A DNA stretch of 37,749 nt. Source: a virus (taxonomy: Duplodnaviria > Caudoviricetes). Of this stretch, positions 19,197-28,468 are shown one piece after another. The translations under genes were made by a program, and so were the position numbers. The notes under the pieces are model-generated. The model saw only the letters and a program-made list of their open reading frames with translations, was not told where the DNA came from and did no database searches. The stretch is from positions 1 through 37,749 of the IMG/VR virus record IMGVR_UViG_3300037484_000558, one strand, 5' to 3'. Within the stretch, counting starts at the first letter, position 1; each line of letters opens with the position of its first letter.

Positions 19197-19663
19197 AGCT
19201 TGATAGGTTGTTGTACCTCGATTTCAAACTCAGTCGCTGAAAGAGCATGACCGACCCGCAGTACGAACTGGCCGGGCGTTGTCGGGGCCGTCGTCGTCAG
19301 TTTGCCAGCGGTGGCTGGATCGAGGAAGTAATTCGCGTTTGGCGTTAGTCCTCCGACTTGTCCAGTGACGGCGTCCCATTGTCCTGTCGTCGCCGTCAAG
19401 ATCCCATCGGGCAAAATCTCGGCTTGTGCCCCGGCTGCAACGCTCACGTCGACCACCAAGCCTGAGACTCGTATGGTAGATTGGGCGTCGGCCTTGGCCA
19501 AGTCAACTGCCGTACCGCTAACGCCATAGACTGGTTGCCCAATCACGATGGTTCCAGCGTTGTTATTCGTGCGTCCAACCGAGTTGCCCATGTCCAGGCG
19601 GTCACCCGGTTGTAACTGTTCTAACTGTCCTGCGTTCAGGACAATCGCTTTGCGGACTGTCAT
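19193..19663 (-). CDS. Capsid cement/decoration-like protein (156 aa)
   Basis: GQPVY...A.AD...GL...GLTP...YFL...G.LT...VGHALS pattern; paralog of the C-terminal part of 19671..20141. Confidence 0.6.
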   Translation of the reverse strand: MTVRKAIVLNAGQLEQLQPGDRLDMGNSVGRTNNNAGTIVIGQPVYGVSGTAVDLAKADAQSTIRVSGLVVDVSVAAGAQAEILPDGILTATTGQWDAVTGQVGGLTPNANYFLDPATAGKLTTTAPTTPGQFVLRVGHALSATEFEIEVQQPIKL

Positions 19664-19670
19664 TGTACCC

Positions 19671-20141
19671 TCACATCTTGATCGCTACCTCTATCTTGAG
19701 AAGAAAATCAGTATGACTCAGTGCCCGTCCCACTTTGACAAGGTAGCCAGTATTCGGTGGCGTCAAAGTCATACGACCACTTGTCTCTAAGAAATATTCC
19801 CACCCCGGAGACAAATTAAAGGTTCCGACGGTACTTGTCCAGTCCGTCATTGACACTAGACCAAAAATGGCAACAGGTGTCACTTGTCCAGCTTGTACAA
19901 AACTTCTATTCATACCGAAAACATGATTGCTGATATTGAAATCAGATGCTTCGATATGTCCATCAGTACGCAAACTCACCAATCGCGCAACGTCTAAGTT
20001 TGTATGTGCAACTGCGTAGATTGGAGTAATCTCACGCTGAAGCTCTTGTATTTGAGCAATGGCACTTGCATAATCCCAACCGTCCGGTGCCCTTCGGACA
20101 TTCGGGTTAGGTCTGGTCCTGCTTGTGCCATCCCAGATCAT
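19671..20141 (-). CDS. Decoration-like protein with an N-terminal WDGT module (156 aa)
   Basis: LSPGWEYFL...VGRALSHT aligns with LTPNANYFL...VGHALSAT of the neighbour. Confidence 0.6.
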   Translation of the reverse strand: MIWDGTSRTRPNPNVRRAPDGWDYASAIAQIQELQREITPIYAVAHTNLDVARLVSLRTDGHIEASDFNISNHVFGMNRSFVQAGQVTPVAIFGLVSMTDWTSTVGTFNLSPGWEYFLETSGRMTLTPPNTGYLVKVGRALSHTDFLLKIEVAIKM

Positions 20142-21871
20142 TTCGCTTTACCTCTCACAGCCTTGATGCCGTCCACGTTATTGTCTGGATCTTGCGACTG
20201 CTGCTTCTCAAGAGCCGCAGCTTCGGGGTCCGAGTCATCAAGCCCGCGAGCCGCCGGATTGTTTGAGCCGAATCCCTTCGTTTGTGCTCGCATCCTGAGC
20301 AATTCCATTTCTTCTTTCTCTTTCCGTGCCGCCTCGGCTTCGCCCTCCGGATAACCGCGAGCAATCGAGCCAGACTTCCGAGAGAGTAGTCCCATCTCAA
20401 CATCGTTGCGAATCTGCTCCGGATCGGAAGTAGGATACTTCGATTCCTCGATTTCCTGCATTACCTGATCCAGTTCCTCGTCCGAAACTTTACCTTCCAA
20501 AAGGATTTCGGCAATTTCTTTTTGAATCACCCGACGGAAAGTCGGCGAACTTACTGCCTTGGCCGATTCGGCAAGCTGGTTGGCATCCTTGCGGCGTTCC
20601 TCGTCCGAGCGGAGCGAATATCGTTCAGGGTAACTGACGGTCACCTGCTCGTCGACGTTCTCGTACGTGGCCCACAACTCACCGATTTTACGCTCAGCGT
20701 TCTCAAGCACCAACCCGACCGCACTGAGTCCAGACTCAAGGCCCCGATCATCAAGTTCCTTCGACTCGGCCGACGCGAACCTCGGCCGAGTAGAGGACAG
20801 AGCCAAATTGACCAAAGAGCGAATGTCACCCTTCAGCTCCCTTTGCTTCGCGATCGAGATTTCCAGCGGTTCAGAAGACGGATTGATGAACTCCGGCCGG
20901 TCGGTGTTCTTCGGGTATCTACGACCAGAAGTGCTACCGATCTTGATTGCCTTCGTATTGTCCCCGTCGCCATCGGCATTACCGTCGGAATCTTCGTTGC
21001 TCCAGTTCTTGGCCAACTCGGTATTTGGATCATACTGTTCCGTGTAGAACGGAACATTGGACCGCAACGAGTAAGCCACGTCGGCAGATTCCATGTTCGT
21101 CAAAGCGATCTGATGGTTCGCAATGTCTTCCAGTAAGGAAGCCTGTAACTCCAACAGAACGAATGGAATCTCCGGCATGTCGAGCGTACCTTCAAGGTAC
21201 AACATGCCATTGTAATCGTAGAACTTGAAGTTGACGTTCCCAGCTTCGTCAACCCAAAAGTTCCGAAATTCCTCAACGTATGCGTCCGCGAGAAAGAACT
21301 GATCGTCAATGTGCTCCGAGCGAACCCGAAGCAACAGATTTTTGAGTTTAAGCTCATTCCCAACGTGGAAGAACTGCCAGTTCCTTATATCTTCGGCCAC
21401 GAAACTGTAGATGTATGGGTGGTCGTGTTTGGCTTCCAGAAGCGTACGCTTCCCATCCGTGGCAATGTTGTCCACGTAAATGCCAACCTTGCCCATCCCC
21501 AACAGTTCCGGAAGAATCTCGGTACCCATGAAGTGATTCATGGTAGCACCCTGAAGATTCACGCCGCCCAGCTGACCCTTCACAGCGGCCTGCCAGGATT
21601 TCGCACCACCCTTACGTCGGATGGCCCACAGTCGCTGGAAGATGCTGTTTTGAATATCAATGACCGCAGCTTTGGCAAAGCCAGCGACGGGTGTGATACC
21701 CTTGCGGCGTTCAAAATCAGAATCACTTTCGGAGTCCGAGAATTTCTCCACGTACTCCTCGATGAAGGAATCTCCGCCCTTCATGATGGAGCGGAATTTC
21801 TGCCATTCCGGAGTTCTCTCCAGGTACTCTGGATGGATTGAAGCGAGAATAGAGGGATTCTTTTCAGCCAT
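20138..21871 (-). CDS. Portal protein (577 aa)
   Basis: Follows the large terminase; HPEY...W, IPFV and SAESKELD motifs fit SPP1/DUF4055-like portals. Confidence 0.85.
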   Translation of the reverse strand: MAEKNPSILASIHPEYLERTPEWQKFRSIMKGGDSFIEEYVEKFSDSESDSDFERRKGITPVAGFAKAAVIDIQNSIFQRLWAIRRKGGAKSWQAAVKGQLGGVNLQGATMNHFMGTEILPELLGMGKVGIYVDNIATDGKRTLLEAKHDHPYIYSFVAEDIRNWQFFHVGNELKLKNLLLRVRSEHIDDQFFLADAYVEEFRNFWVDEAGNVNFKFYDYNGMLYLEGTLDMPEIPFVLLELQASLLEDIANHQIALTNMESADVAYSLRSNVPFYTEQYDPNTELAKNWSNEDSDGNADGDGDNTKAIKIGSTSGRRYPKNTDRPEFINPSSEPLEISIAKQRELKGDIRSLVNLALSSTRPRFASAESKELDDRGLESGLSAVGLVLENAERKIGELWATYENVDEQVTVSYPERYSLRSDEERRKDANQLAESAKAVSSPTFRRVIQKEIAEILLEGKVSDEELDQVMQEIEESKYPTSDPEQIRNDVEMGLLSRKSGSIARGYPEGEAEAARKEKEEMELLRMRAQTKGFGSNNPAARGLDDSDPEAAALEKQQSQDPDNNVDGIKAVRGKAK

Positions 21872-23523
21872 CAGAGGAAACTCCGGATATTCTGGTTCGT
21901 TGCAAGTGAAGCCGCCAAGGGCAACGCCATTTCGCTGTAGTTACGTGCATGAGCGAAGTGGTCAGCGTCAGTCGAAATGTAGACCGAAACATCGCCACCA
22001 CTACCGTCATCCTTGTACCGCTTCACAATGTTCTTCAAATGAGCCTTGTAGTCCGACGGGATATCACAAGGCAATTTGATACGTCCCGAACGAACACGTC
22101 CGAGACTAGTATCAAGCCAGAAAGTGCGATTCACGCTAACTAGATGCTCGTCCTCACTCGTTGAAACTATCATCTTCTTCGAGCCGATCCCGCGGGCGTA
22201 ATGACACCGCTTGGCCCGGCCCCAGTGTTCGCAGCAAAACTCGTAGATGAGCCGTTCTTCTGGCTGCTTGTCAAGAACTGTGAAGTGAACTTGGAATTCA
22301 CGCATCAGTTGCTTAATAATGTGCAGCTTGTCGACCGCCCCAACTCTGATGACTTCCCCGTCCGCACTCATGTTCAAGTCCGGGCCTAGTTTGGCAATAG
22401 TCCAACCCGTAATCTCATAGTGGAACCATTTGCCAACGTCAACACCCATCGTCCTGACTTTGAACTGCGGATACGGGTCTGCCATCCGGCGTTGTACGAT
22501 GCAAGCATTGATATGGTTATCATCAATACGAGCACCGTCCACTACGTGTGGAAGACCGGCGATCGAATTCCAAAGTTCCTGTTCGGCGTTCTTATTGTCG
22601 TGAGCCTCGATCGCCGTAACAGCGATCTTATCAGGAGTCTTGACACAACTCGAAAGCTGGTTGATATAGAATCCGCGGCGTTCCGTAACTTCGGGCACCT
22701 TCGGAATCCACCGACCAGTCTCTTGTTGCGACTTGACTTTGTCTGCGTGCTCGATCTTCTTGCGGCAAAGAGGGCAAATGACATGCGACTCTTTGATTCT
22801 AGGATCAAGCAGGCTCTCCCCAATCACAACCAAACAATCGGGGAATTCGAGCGTGATTTCCTTCCAGCACATTGGGCACTGGAAGTACCACCATTCCTGC
22901 GACGTTTGCAGGAACATCTTGTGGATGCCAAACTCAGGAACGGTCGGTGTGGAAATCGCCCAAACCTCTGACACCAACTGCCCGTCAGTACGACGGTAAG
23001 CCAGCTGTATGTTATCTTGATTCATTTCGTCAACTTCGTCGAGTACGACGAATGACGGGTCGATCGACTTGAACCCAATACGGGAATTGCTACCGCGAAT
23101 CCACAAGTTTGCAGGGCCGGCCCGTTTGTGTCCGATGTTCTTTACGTCGGAGAACATCTTCCGAAGATGCGGACTCAACTCCAGGGCAGGATCGAATCTA
23201 CTGCTGGAGAAGTCGGACGCATCAGGATTCTTGTTCGGTAAGGCGTACAAACAGTTGACGCCTTCAATATCCATCTTGAAGAAGGTGCGATTCAACAGTG
23301 TTTCGGTGTACGCCATTTGTGCCGACTTCATGCCGGCATTAAATGGAGCAGTCGAATCATGCATCGCTCTGGACCAGGGATGCAGCCGGAAATTGAAGGG
23401 GCCGGGATTCGTCTTCCCGCCCATAATCCGGTAGGTCTCTGACCACCGGGAGCATTTCTTGATGCTCTTTCGTTTCAGCCCTGAGGCTATGATTTCGGCG
23501 AATACCTGTTCCAGAGCGTGCAT
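21871..23523 (-). CDS. terL: Terminase large subunit, lambda gpA-type (550 aa)
   Basis: KSAQMAYTE, VVLDEVD (Walker B), ISTPT, CPMC/CPLC, GVDVG and DHF motifs. Start moved to ATG 23523 after GAGGT. Confidence 0.93.
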   Translation of the reverse strand: MHALEQVFAEIIASGLKRKSIKKCSRWSETYRIMGGKTNPGPFNFRLHPWSRAMHDSTAPFNAGMKSAQMAYTETLLNRTFFKMDIEGVNCLYALPNKNPDASDFSSSRFDPALELSPHLRKMFSDVKNIGHKRAGPANLWIRGSNSRIGFKSIDPSFVVLDEVDEMNQDNIQLAYRRTDGQLVSEVWAISTPTVPEFGIHKMFLQTSQEWWYFQCPMCWKEITLEFPDCLVVIGESLLDPRIKESHVICPLCRKKIEHADKVKSQQETGRWIPKVPEVTERRGFYINQLSSCVKTPDKIAVTAIEAHDNKNAEQELWNSIAGLPHVVDGARIDDNHINACIVQRRMADPYPQFKVRTMGVDVGKWFHYEITGWTIAKLGPDLNMSADGEVIRVGAVDKLHIIKQLMREFQVHFTVLDKQPEERLIYEFCCEHWGRAKRCHYARGIGSKKMIVSTSEDEHLVSVNRTFWLDTSLGRVRSGRIKLPCDIPSDYKAHLKNIVKRYKDDGSGGDVSVYISTDADHFAHARNYSEMALPLAASLATNQNIRSFL

Positions 23524-23528
23524 TATAG

Positions 23529-23801
23529 TTACCTCGGTCGTAGATCGGCCGGCAACGGAGGCTTCGGGTTCACTGGCTCGGGCCACATGAACTTCGATAA
23601 CGTCCCAGTCTCTTCGTCGACCACCGCACCGATGCCGATGCGTTTGTCGTGCGGTTCCACCGAAACATACTCGGCGTACTTAGGGTCGAGATGGAGAGCA
23701 ATCTTGCCTAACGATCCGTTGTGGCCGTCCTTGATTTTATACTCACCGGCGTAGATGTCAACGACACCTTCCATCGGTACGAATTCAAAGATACTTTTCA
23801 T
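23529..23801 (-). CDS. Hypothetical protein (90 aa)
   Basis: GAGG RBS before ATG 23801; fills the operon gap. Confidence 0.65.
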   Translation of the reverse strand: MKSIFEFVPMEGVVDIYAGEYKIKDGHNGSLGKIALHLDPKYAEYVSVEPHDKRIGIGAVVDEETGTLSKFMWPEPVNPKPPLPADLRPR

Positions 23802-23808
23802 GTGGTCC

Positions 23809-24015
23809 TCACAGGAACATCGGGACAATGACCACTAGAAGCTTGAAGATGGTTTCCCAATTCTCCAAGATCCACTGGTACATACGGCGAAAGAAAGGCG
23901 GCTTCACTTCGTCGAACACCCGGTCCATAATCTCGGCCGTGACCGGAATTGCGAACGCAAGCTTCTTCTCATCCAGGACCCGCTCTAAAGCCGTACGAAA
24001 TCTGCGGCGATGCAT
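23809..24015 (-). CDS. Small protein with a hydrophobic C-terminus (68 aa)
   Basis: GGAGG RBS; ends WILENWETIFKLLVVIVPMFL. Confidence 0.65.
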   Translation of the reverse strand: MHRRRFRTALERVLDEKKLAFAIPVTAEIMDRVFDEVKPPFFRRMYQWILENWETIFKLLVVIVPMFL

Positions 24016-24433
24016 CGTATGAAACCTCCCTTGTCCCGCGACTCACGAGCGGCGGGGCAATGACGTACCACGGCCGGTAGCCGCGGATCTTTCTTTTGAT
24101 CTTACCATCTTCAACAACGAGCGTAAGGGGCGTCGCCTTTCCGCCGACATTGGCGAAGAGTTTGGCGTAGACGGTGGAGTCGAGGTAGACGACGTTATGT
24201 CCTCGTTTCTTGAGGATTTCCGTCTCAACCTTGATCCTCTCACAGGGGATACAGCCTTCGGCGGTGAAGACGTAGATGCCATCATCCAATGATCCAACGC
24301 TCGCCACATCCGGCGGAATCGTCTTTTCATCATCGGCACATCGCCCGAGCGTACCGCACGCCAGAGCAGCAACACATGCAACCAGAAGGGCATAGCTATA
24401 CCCTCGGCAGAAGTTTTTCAGGGTTCCCAACAT
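23969..24433 (-). CDS. Exported or membrane-anchored thioredoxin-fold protein (~154 aa)
   Basis: VFTAEGCIPC (CxxC), cis-Pro-like TP motif, hydrophobic N-terminal segment; start uncertain. Confidence 0.75.
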   Translation of the reverse strand: MLGTLKNFCRGYSYALLVACVAALACGTLGRCADDEKTIPPDVASVGSLDDGIYVFTAEGCIPCERIKVETEILKKRGHNVVYLDSTVYAKLFANVGGKATPLTLVVEDGKIKRKIRGYRPWYVIAPPLVSRGTREVSYDASPQISYGFRAGPG

Positions 24434-25412
24434 AGCTTGATATTGCGAAGCAATCCTCCCAGTCGTTGAACATGAGATCCAGGTACTCGGCGTCGACCCA
24501 GAACGAGCCAACAGGCTGATCGTATCGGGTCGGGCCACTATTCCAGTCGAGCCATGAGTTTATAATCAAACCGCCTGGCCGACTGCCGGTGTCGTCGAAT
24601 CCGGCAAGCAACATGCAGTGGTACCACCGTTTGCGGTAGTTCCACACCCGCCAACGTCGCCGGACTGTTGTGCTGAGATAAGGCATGGCGAAGCCGTCCT
24701 TATCCCGCTCGTCATGAAACGCGTACGTCGAGCACACGATGATCGGCTGGCCGACGTAAAGGGCATCGAATGCCGAACGCCAGTTCAGGATCTTTGTGTA
24801 TTCCTTGATGGGTCGTTCCTTGGCGATTGGCTCCAACCAGTCTGGAACACCCGAATCTCGGTACTTGCGTGACCGTGCCGGTGAGTAACCTGTCAGGTCG
24901 ATTTTATTCTCACCGACCTGGTAAGGTATGCGGTGAATTACGCCGTAGTCTTTCAGGTATTGTACGGCCCACTCACCATGACTCCCGGCCCCGCCGCGTA
25001 AGTCCCCGTCTCCGATTTCTACGCGGCTACCGGCGTAGATCATTTCGACACTGGCCTTAGCGATCCAAGGCTCCGGCTCGAATCGCATGAAACGGTCGCA
25101 GGCCATCAAGATGTCGACTGCTCCGCCAGCACCCTGGCCGACGCAATCGCCTTCGCCCCGCTCTCCGTTTTGCGGTCCCTGGTTATGAGTCTGCCAGGGA
25201 CCGGCCTGCATCTCGAAGTATTTCCAAAGCAGGGCTTTCTTACCCACACTTATTGAATTGAACTGTTGGTAAGCCTTACCAAAGTGTTTACGTCTACTTG
25301 GTTGGTTTGGTCGGATCGCTCCAAAGTCCTCATCGTCGGCAATTGCTTTCGCCGGAGCTACGAACAAAATCGGCGATAAGGCGGCAGCCTTTAGGAGCGT
25401 TCGACGTTTCAT
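24396..25412 (-). CDS. Papain-like (C1 family) cysteine peptidase with a Tat signal peptide (338 aa)
   Basis: MKRRTLLK plus h-region and AKA; Q...GDC, HCM and NSW catalytic motifs. Confidence 0.8.
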   Translation of the reverse strand: MKRRTLLKAAALSPILFVAPAKAIADDEDFGAIRPNQPSRRKHFGKAYQQFNSISVGKKALLWKYFEMQAGPWQTHNQGPQNGERGEGDCVGQGAGGAVDILMACDRFMRFEPEPWIAKASVEMIYAGSRVEIGDGDLRGGAGSHGEWAVQYLKDYGVIHRIPYQVGENKIDLTGYSPARSRKYRDSGVPDWLEPIAKERPIKEYTKILNWRSAFDALYVGQPIIVCSTYAFHDERDKDGFAMPYLSTTVRRRWRVWNYRKRWYHCMLLAGFDDTGSRPGGLIINSWLDWNSGPTRYDQPVGSFWVDAEYLDLMFNDWEDCFAISSYVGNPEKLLPRV

Positions 25413-26158
25413 TGTAATGACCTTTCGACAATCGTGGCCAGCTTAGGCCATTCCCGTTTGAAATCTTCCCTGGTCTTCAAATCCAACGTATCGACATAAG
25501 CAGCTAGGACCTCCAGGTACGGCGTCCATTTCGGATCATCTGCGGTCGCCCGTTTAAGCCCGGCAACCGTCTCAGCAAGCATCTGATCGGCTGGCACGGC
25601 TGATTCGGCGAGTGCTCGAAAGCACTGAGCAAGTTTGGGACCCGCTTCCTTATCGGCTGGGGCGACTTCTTTGAGTTTAACCTCAACTTGACTCAGATCA
25701 ACTGGGGCCGGTTTGGGCGGATCGGGCTTGGGAGCCGGAGGAACCGGAGGAACTGGAGCCGGAGGATTGGGAGCCGGAGGAACCGGAGGAGCCGGAGGAG
25801 CCGGAGGATTAGGAGCCGGAGGATTAGGAGCCGGAGGATTAGGAGCCGGAGGCTTCGGCGGTTCCGGTTTGGAATCTTTGGACACAACCAACGTGTGCGT
25901 CAGGATGACAGGCTTCTCGTCGACGATGCCGGCCAGAACGAACGTATAAGTACCGGTCTGCCGCGCCGAGAAGAAGGCTTTTGGGCCTATTGCCTCGAAG
26001 TCCGAAGTCTCCTGGATGCACTTCCAAGCCACTTCATCCGAGCCACTCGACTCGAACCGAACAAGTTCTCCGACCACCGCAGTCTGCGGGGCCTGAAGCG
26101 TCATTTCTGCGTGAACTGTTCCTGCGATAAGCAGGAGAATCATTGAGAGTGTTTTCAT
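25409..26158 (-). CDS. Secreted protein with a proline-rich linker (249 aa)
   Basis: Sec signal MKTLSMILLLIAGTVHA, beta domain, (PPAPN)n linker, helical C-terminal domain. Confidence 0.75.
   Translation of the reverse strand: MKTLSMILLLIAGTVHAEMTLQAPQTAVVGELVRFESSGSDEVAWKCIQETSDFEAIGPKAFFSARQTGTYTFVLAGIVDEKPVILTHTLVVSKDSKPEPPKPPAPNPPAPNPPAPNPPAPPAPPVPPAPNPPAPVPPVPPAPKPDPPKPAPVDLSQVEVKLKEVAPADKEAGPKLAQCFRALAESAVPADQMLAETVAGLKRATADDPKWTPYLEVLAAYVDTLDLKTREDFKREWPKLATIVERSLQ
25730..25852 (-). repeat. 9/15-bp coding repeats (GGAGCCGGA on +) encoding the Pro-rich linker
   Basis: Visible tandem repeats. Confidence 0.85.
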
Positions 26159-27120
26159 AATGCTCGTCCTGCTCCGGAATTGTAGACGTATGCGGCCTGG
26201 TCATCGGTCACGTACCGATTGTAGAGCAATACTTCGTCAATTGCTCCGAACCAGCCACCAGTGTAACTGCTCGCATTCCTGAACAACTCAAACATATTGG
26301 TCGTCGGTACGGCCATTGCCTGGCCACTTGCCAATGTCTTGAGATCCTTGGTTCCTAGATTCACCTGGAAACCATGCTCGTCTCCCGCCGTGCGACGCCA
26401 AAATCTCACGAAGAACCATAGATCATCATCCAGTGTAGCGTCCGTCAAGTAGTGAAAAACGAGCGTTGTCTTATCGCTGAAGTAGTGCAGGAAGTTCCAT
26501 GCAATCGGTGAGTTCAAAATCTCAAGACGCCAGCCACGTTCGGCTGTTGTGGTACTTGCACCACCAGCTTTGATGATTGGAAACGCTGTACCAAGAGTGG
26601 TACGTGGTTTGCACCAGAACATCACCGTGTAGTCGCCAGTGGCGAAATTGAAAGCATTGCTTCCCGTCCACTGTAAGGCCCGACCGTCATTCTCAGTGTA
26701 GGCCGCGGTTCCAACTTTACCAGTCGCACTAACGATCGAGCCGCCATTTTCCGACAAGTCTCGATTGTTGGCCGAAGAATCTTGACGCGTGCCGGATGAC
26801 TCTTCCAACTTCCAGTAAGCGATATAGTCGAAGACGTTCGGGATGTACAACTCGTCAATGTCCTGTGCAAAGGACAACCCACTTGTTCCTACTGTGAGTG
26901 TAGTATCAACGATCCGTTGTCCAATTGGATTAGAATCGTTGAAGATCAAATCATTCTCACCAATTGTGAGTGTAGTATCAACGATTCGCTGGCCAGTTGG
27001 GTTGTCATCGTTGAAGAACAAGGTACTTGCACGTTCCTCAAGAAACGTCGCTCCGGTCGAAGCATCCGGCAGCGTCATCATTTTCCGGAACAGCATGGAG
27101 CGGCGTGTCGTGCGTTTCAT
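26155..27120 (-). CDS. LamG/concanavalin-A-like domain protein (321 aa)
   Basis: AYWKLEE, YTVMFW and GAIDEVLLYNR motifs; 24-aa (72-bp) duplication near the N-terminus. Confidence 0.75.
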   Translation of the reverse strand: MKRTTRRSMLFRKMMTLPDASTGATFLEERASTLFFNDDNPTGQRIVDTTLTIGENDLIFNDSNPIGQRIVDTTLTVGTSGLSFAQDIDELYIPNVFDYIAYWKLEESSGTRQDSSANNRDLSENGGSIVSATGKVGTAAYTENDGRALQWTGSNAFNFATGDYTVMFWCKPRTTLGTAFPIIKAGGASTTTAERGWRLEILNSPIAWNFLHYFSDKTTLVFHYLTDATLDDDLWFFVRFWRRTAGDEHGFQVNLGTKDLKTLASGQAMAVPTTNMFELFRNASSYTGGWFGAIDEVLLYNRYVTDDQAAYVYNSGAGRAL

Positions 27121-27121
27121 G

Positions 27122-27382
27122 TCAAGCTACTTTGTAGAAGGTTACAGTGACGTCTCCGAAGAAACGCAACTTAGAAGGGTCACCATTGTACCAAACGGAC
27201 TGGTGTGCCACTAGGATGTGTCCGGTATCAACATCAGCGTCAACGGAATCATCCCGCCAACGTACCTGACTGGCCCCAGTGGCCGTGATTCGCAGAATCG
27301 CTGCGGTCGGTGGTGCGTGCAAACGACCACCCGTAATCACTTCACTATTAAGCGGTCGGAGTGGTCGTGACGCTCGCATCAT
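27122..27382 (-). CDS. Small RWRDD-motif protein (86 aa)
   Basis: Paralog of 27379..27684. Confidence 0.7.
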   Translation of the reverse strand: MMRASRPLRPLNSEVITGGRLHAPPTAAILRITATGASQVRWRDDSVDADVDTGHILVAHQSVWYNGDPSKLRFFGDVTVTFYKVA

Positions 27383-27684
27383 TCAACCTCGTAGAAAGAG
27401 ACGCTCAGATAGACGCTCGCGACTTCCGCTGCGTCCTTTATCACGAAGAACTTGAGTAGGTCGCTGATGAAGAACAGATCGTCTGTGTCATCCATCAAGT
27501 GACCTGTATTTGCGTCCGGCAAGGTCCCGTCGTCCCGCCATCGAAGCAGACCGCCTTGGCTTTGGAGATAGGCGTAGGCTGCAGTCTTGGGGATGTTCGG
27601 GAGACCTTGAGCCGACGTTGTTACCTCGAACTGCTCGAAGCCTAGTGGCTTGAGTGGGCGGTCAGCTACGACGGGATTGTTCAT
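27379..27684 (-). CDS. Small RWRDD-motif protein (101 aa)
   Basis: RPLKPL...LRWRDDG...TGH...SFY aligns with the neighbour. Confidence 0.7.
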   Translation of the reverse strand: MNNPVVADRPLKPLGFEQFEVTTSAQGLPNIPKTAAYAYLQSQGGLLRWRDDGTLPDANTGHLMDDTDDLFFISDLLKFFVIKDAAEVASVYLSVSFYEVE

Positions 27685-27710
27685 GTCTCAGATTCCTTTG
27701 TCACCAAGAC

Positions 27711-27917
27711 CTAACGCTCGGAAAGCGGCTTGCTGGTCTTGAATCGGAGCAGCACATTCACGATTCCCTGGACGCCGGCGGCGATGGCCAGGTAGTCCGG
27801 ATTGGAACGCACGAAATCGCTTGCCATCACAACGCCCAGAACCCATAAAGCGGTCGCTGCCAGATTGAACTGGACGGTGGTGCTCTTGAGAGAGCCCTTA
27901 AGAAGATCCAACATCAC
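27711..27917 (-). CDS. Two-TM holin-like membrane protein (68 aa)
   Basis: Two hydrophobic helices and a basic C-terminus NVLLRFKTSKPL. Confidence 0.55.
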   Translation of the reverse strand: MMLDLLKGSLKSTTVQFNLAATALWVLGVVMASDFVRSNPDYLAIAAGVQGIVNVLLRFKTSKPLSER

Positions 27918-28468
27918 TTGTTCTCCGATACGAGGACTAGAAAATCATTGGCAATTGCTTCGAGAAGCGTCTGAATGTCCTCGTCCGTGAGTGACGTGAG
28001 TTCATTGATCTTAGCAGCAATGATCTGCATGAAGCTGGCCGCCAGATTCTTGACTTTCTGCTTGTCAAGCATGTCTCCAAGCGTTCCTTCGAGTCGATTA
28101 CACGACGTTACTGCTTTCTCGACCTTCATGATTAGGTCGGAGAGTGGCCCTGAAATCAGAAGCAGATCGTTCGTGTCTTCACATTTTTGAACGCGCGTCT
28201 CAATCAGGAGCCTGAGAAGAGCAACTTCGTCACGCAAACCCTTGAGTTTGTCATGATCGGCAAGCTGATCTACTCGTGTCTGGAACTTGGCCAGGTTGTA
28301 CATGCGTAAAGATTCACGCTCTTTCTTGGCGAGGATCTTGTTGGCTCCGTGAAGAGCGCAACGATGGATCTCAGGTTCTGCAAGGTTGCCGCATCGCTCC
28401 CCGTTTGTGAGTATAAAATCACAACGGAGAACCTCATCGGTTCCTTTTGTCCAGCGTTTGAGTTCCAT
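27914..28468 (-). CDS. Putative terminase small subunit (184 aa)
   Basis: First gene of the late operon; C...C...CALHG Zn-type motif, then helical LRDEVALLR. Start moved to ATG 28468 after GAGGG. Confidence 0.55.
   Translation of the reverse strand: MELKRWTKGTDEVLRCDFILTNGERCGNLAEPEIHRCALHGANKILAKKERESLRMYNLAKFQTRVDQLADHDKLKGLRDEVALLRLLIETRVQKCEDTNDLLLISGPLSDLIMKVEKAVTSCNRLEGTLGDMLDKQKVKNLAASFMQIIAAKINELTSLTDEDIQTLLEAIANDFLVLVSENK

Noticed and set aside
27076-27120. Tat signal on the LamG protein (TRRSML)
   Set aside because: No hydrophobic h-region follows the twin arginines.
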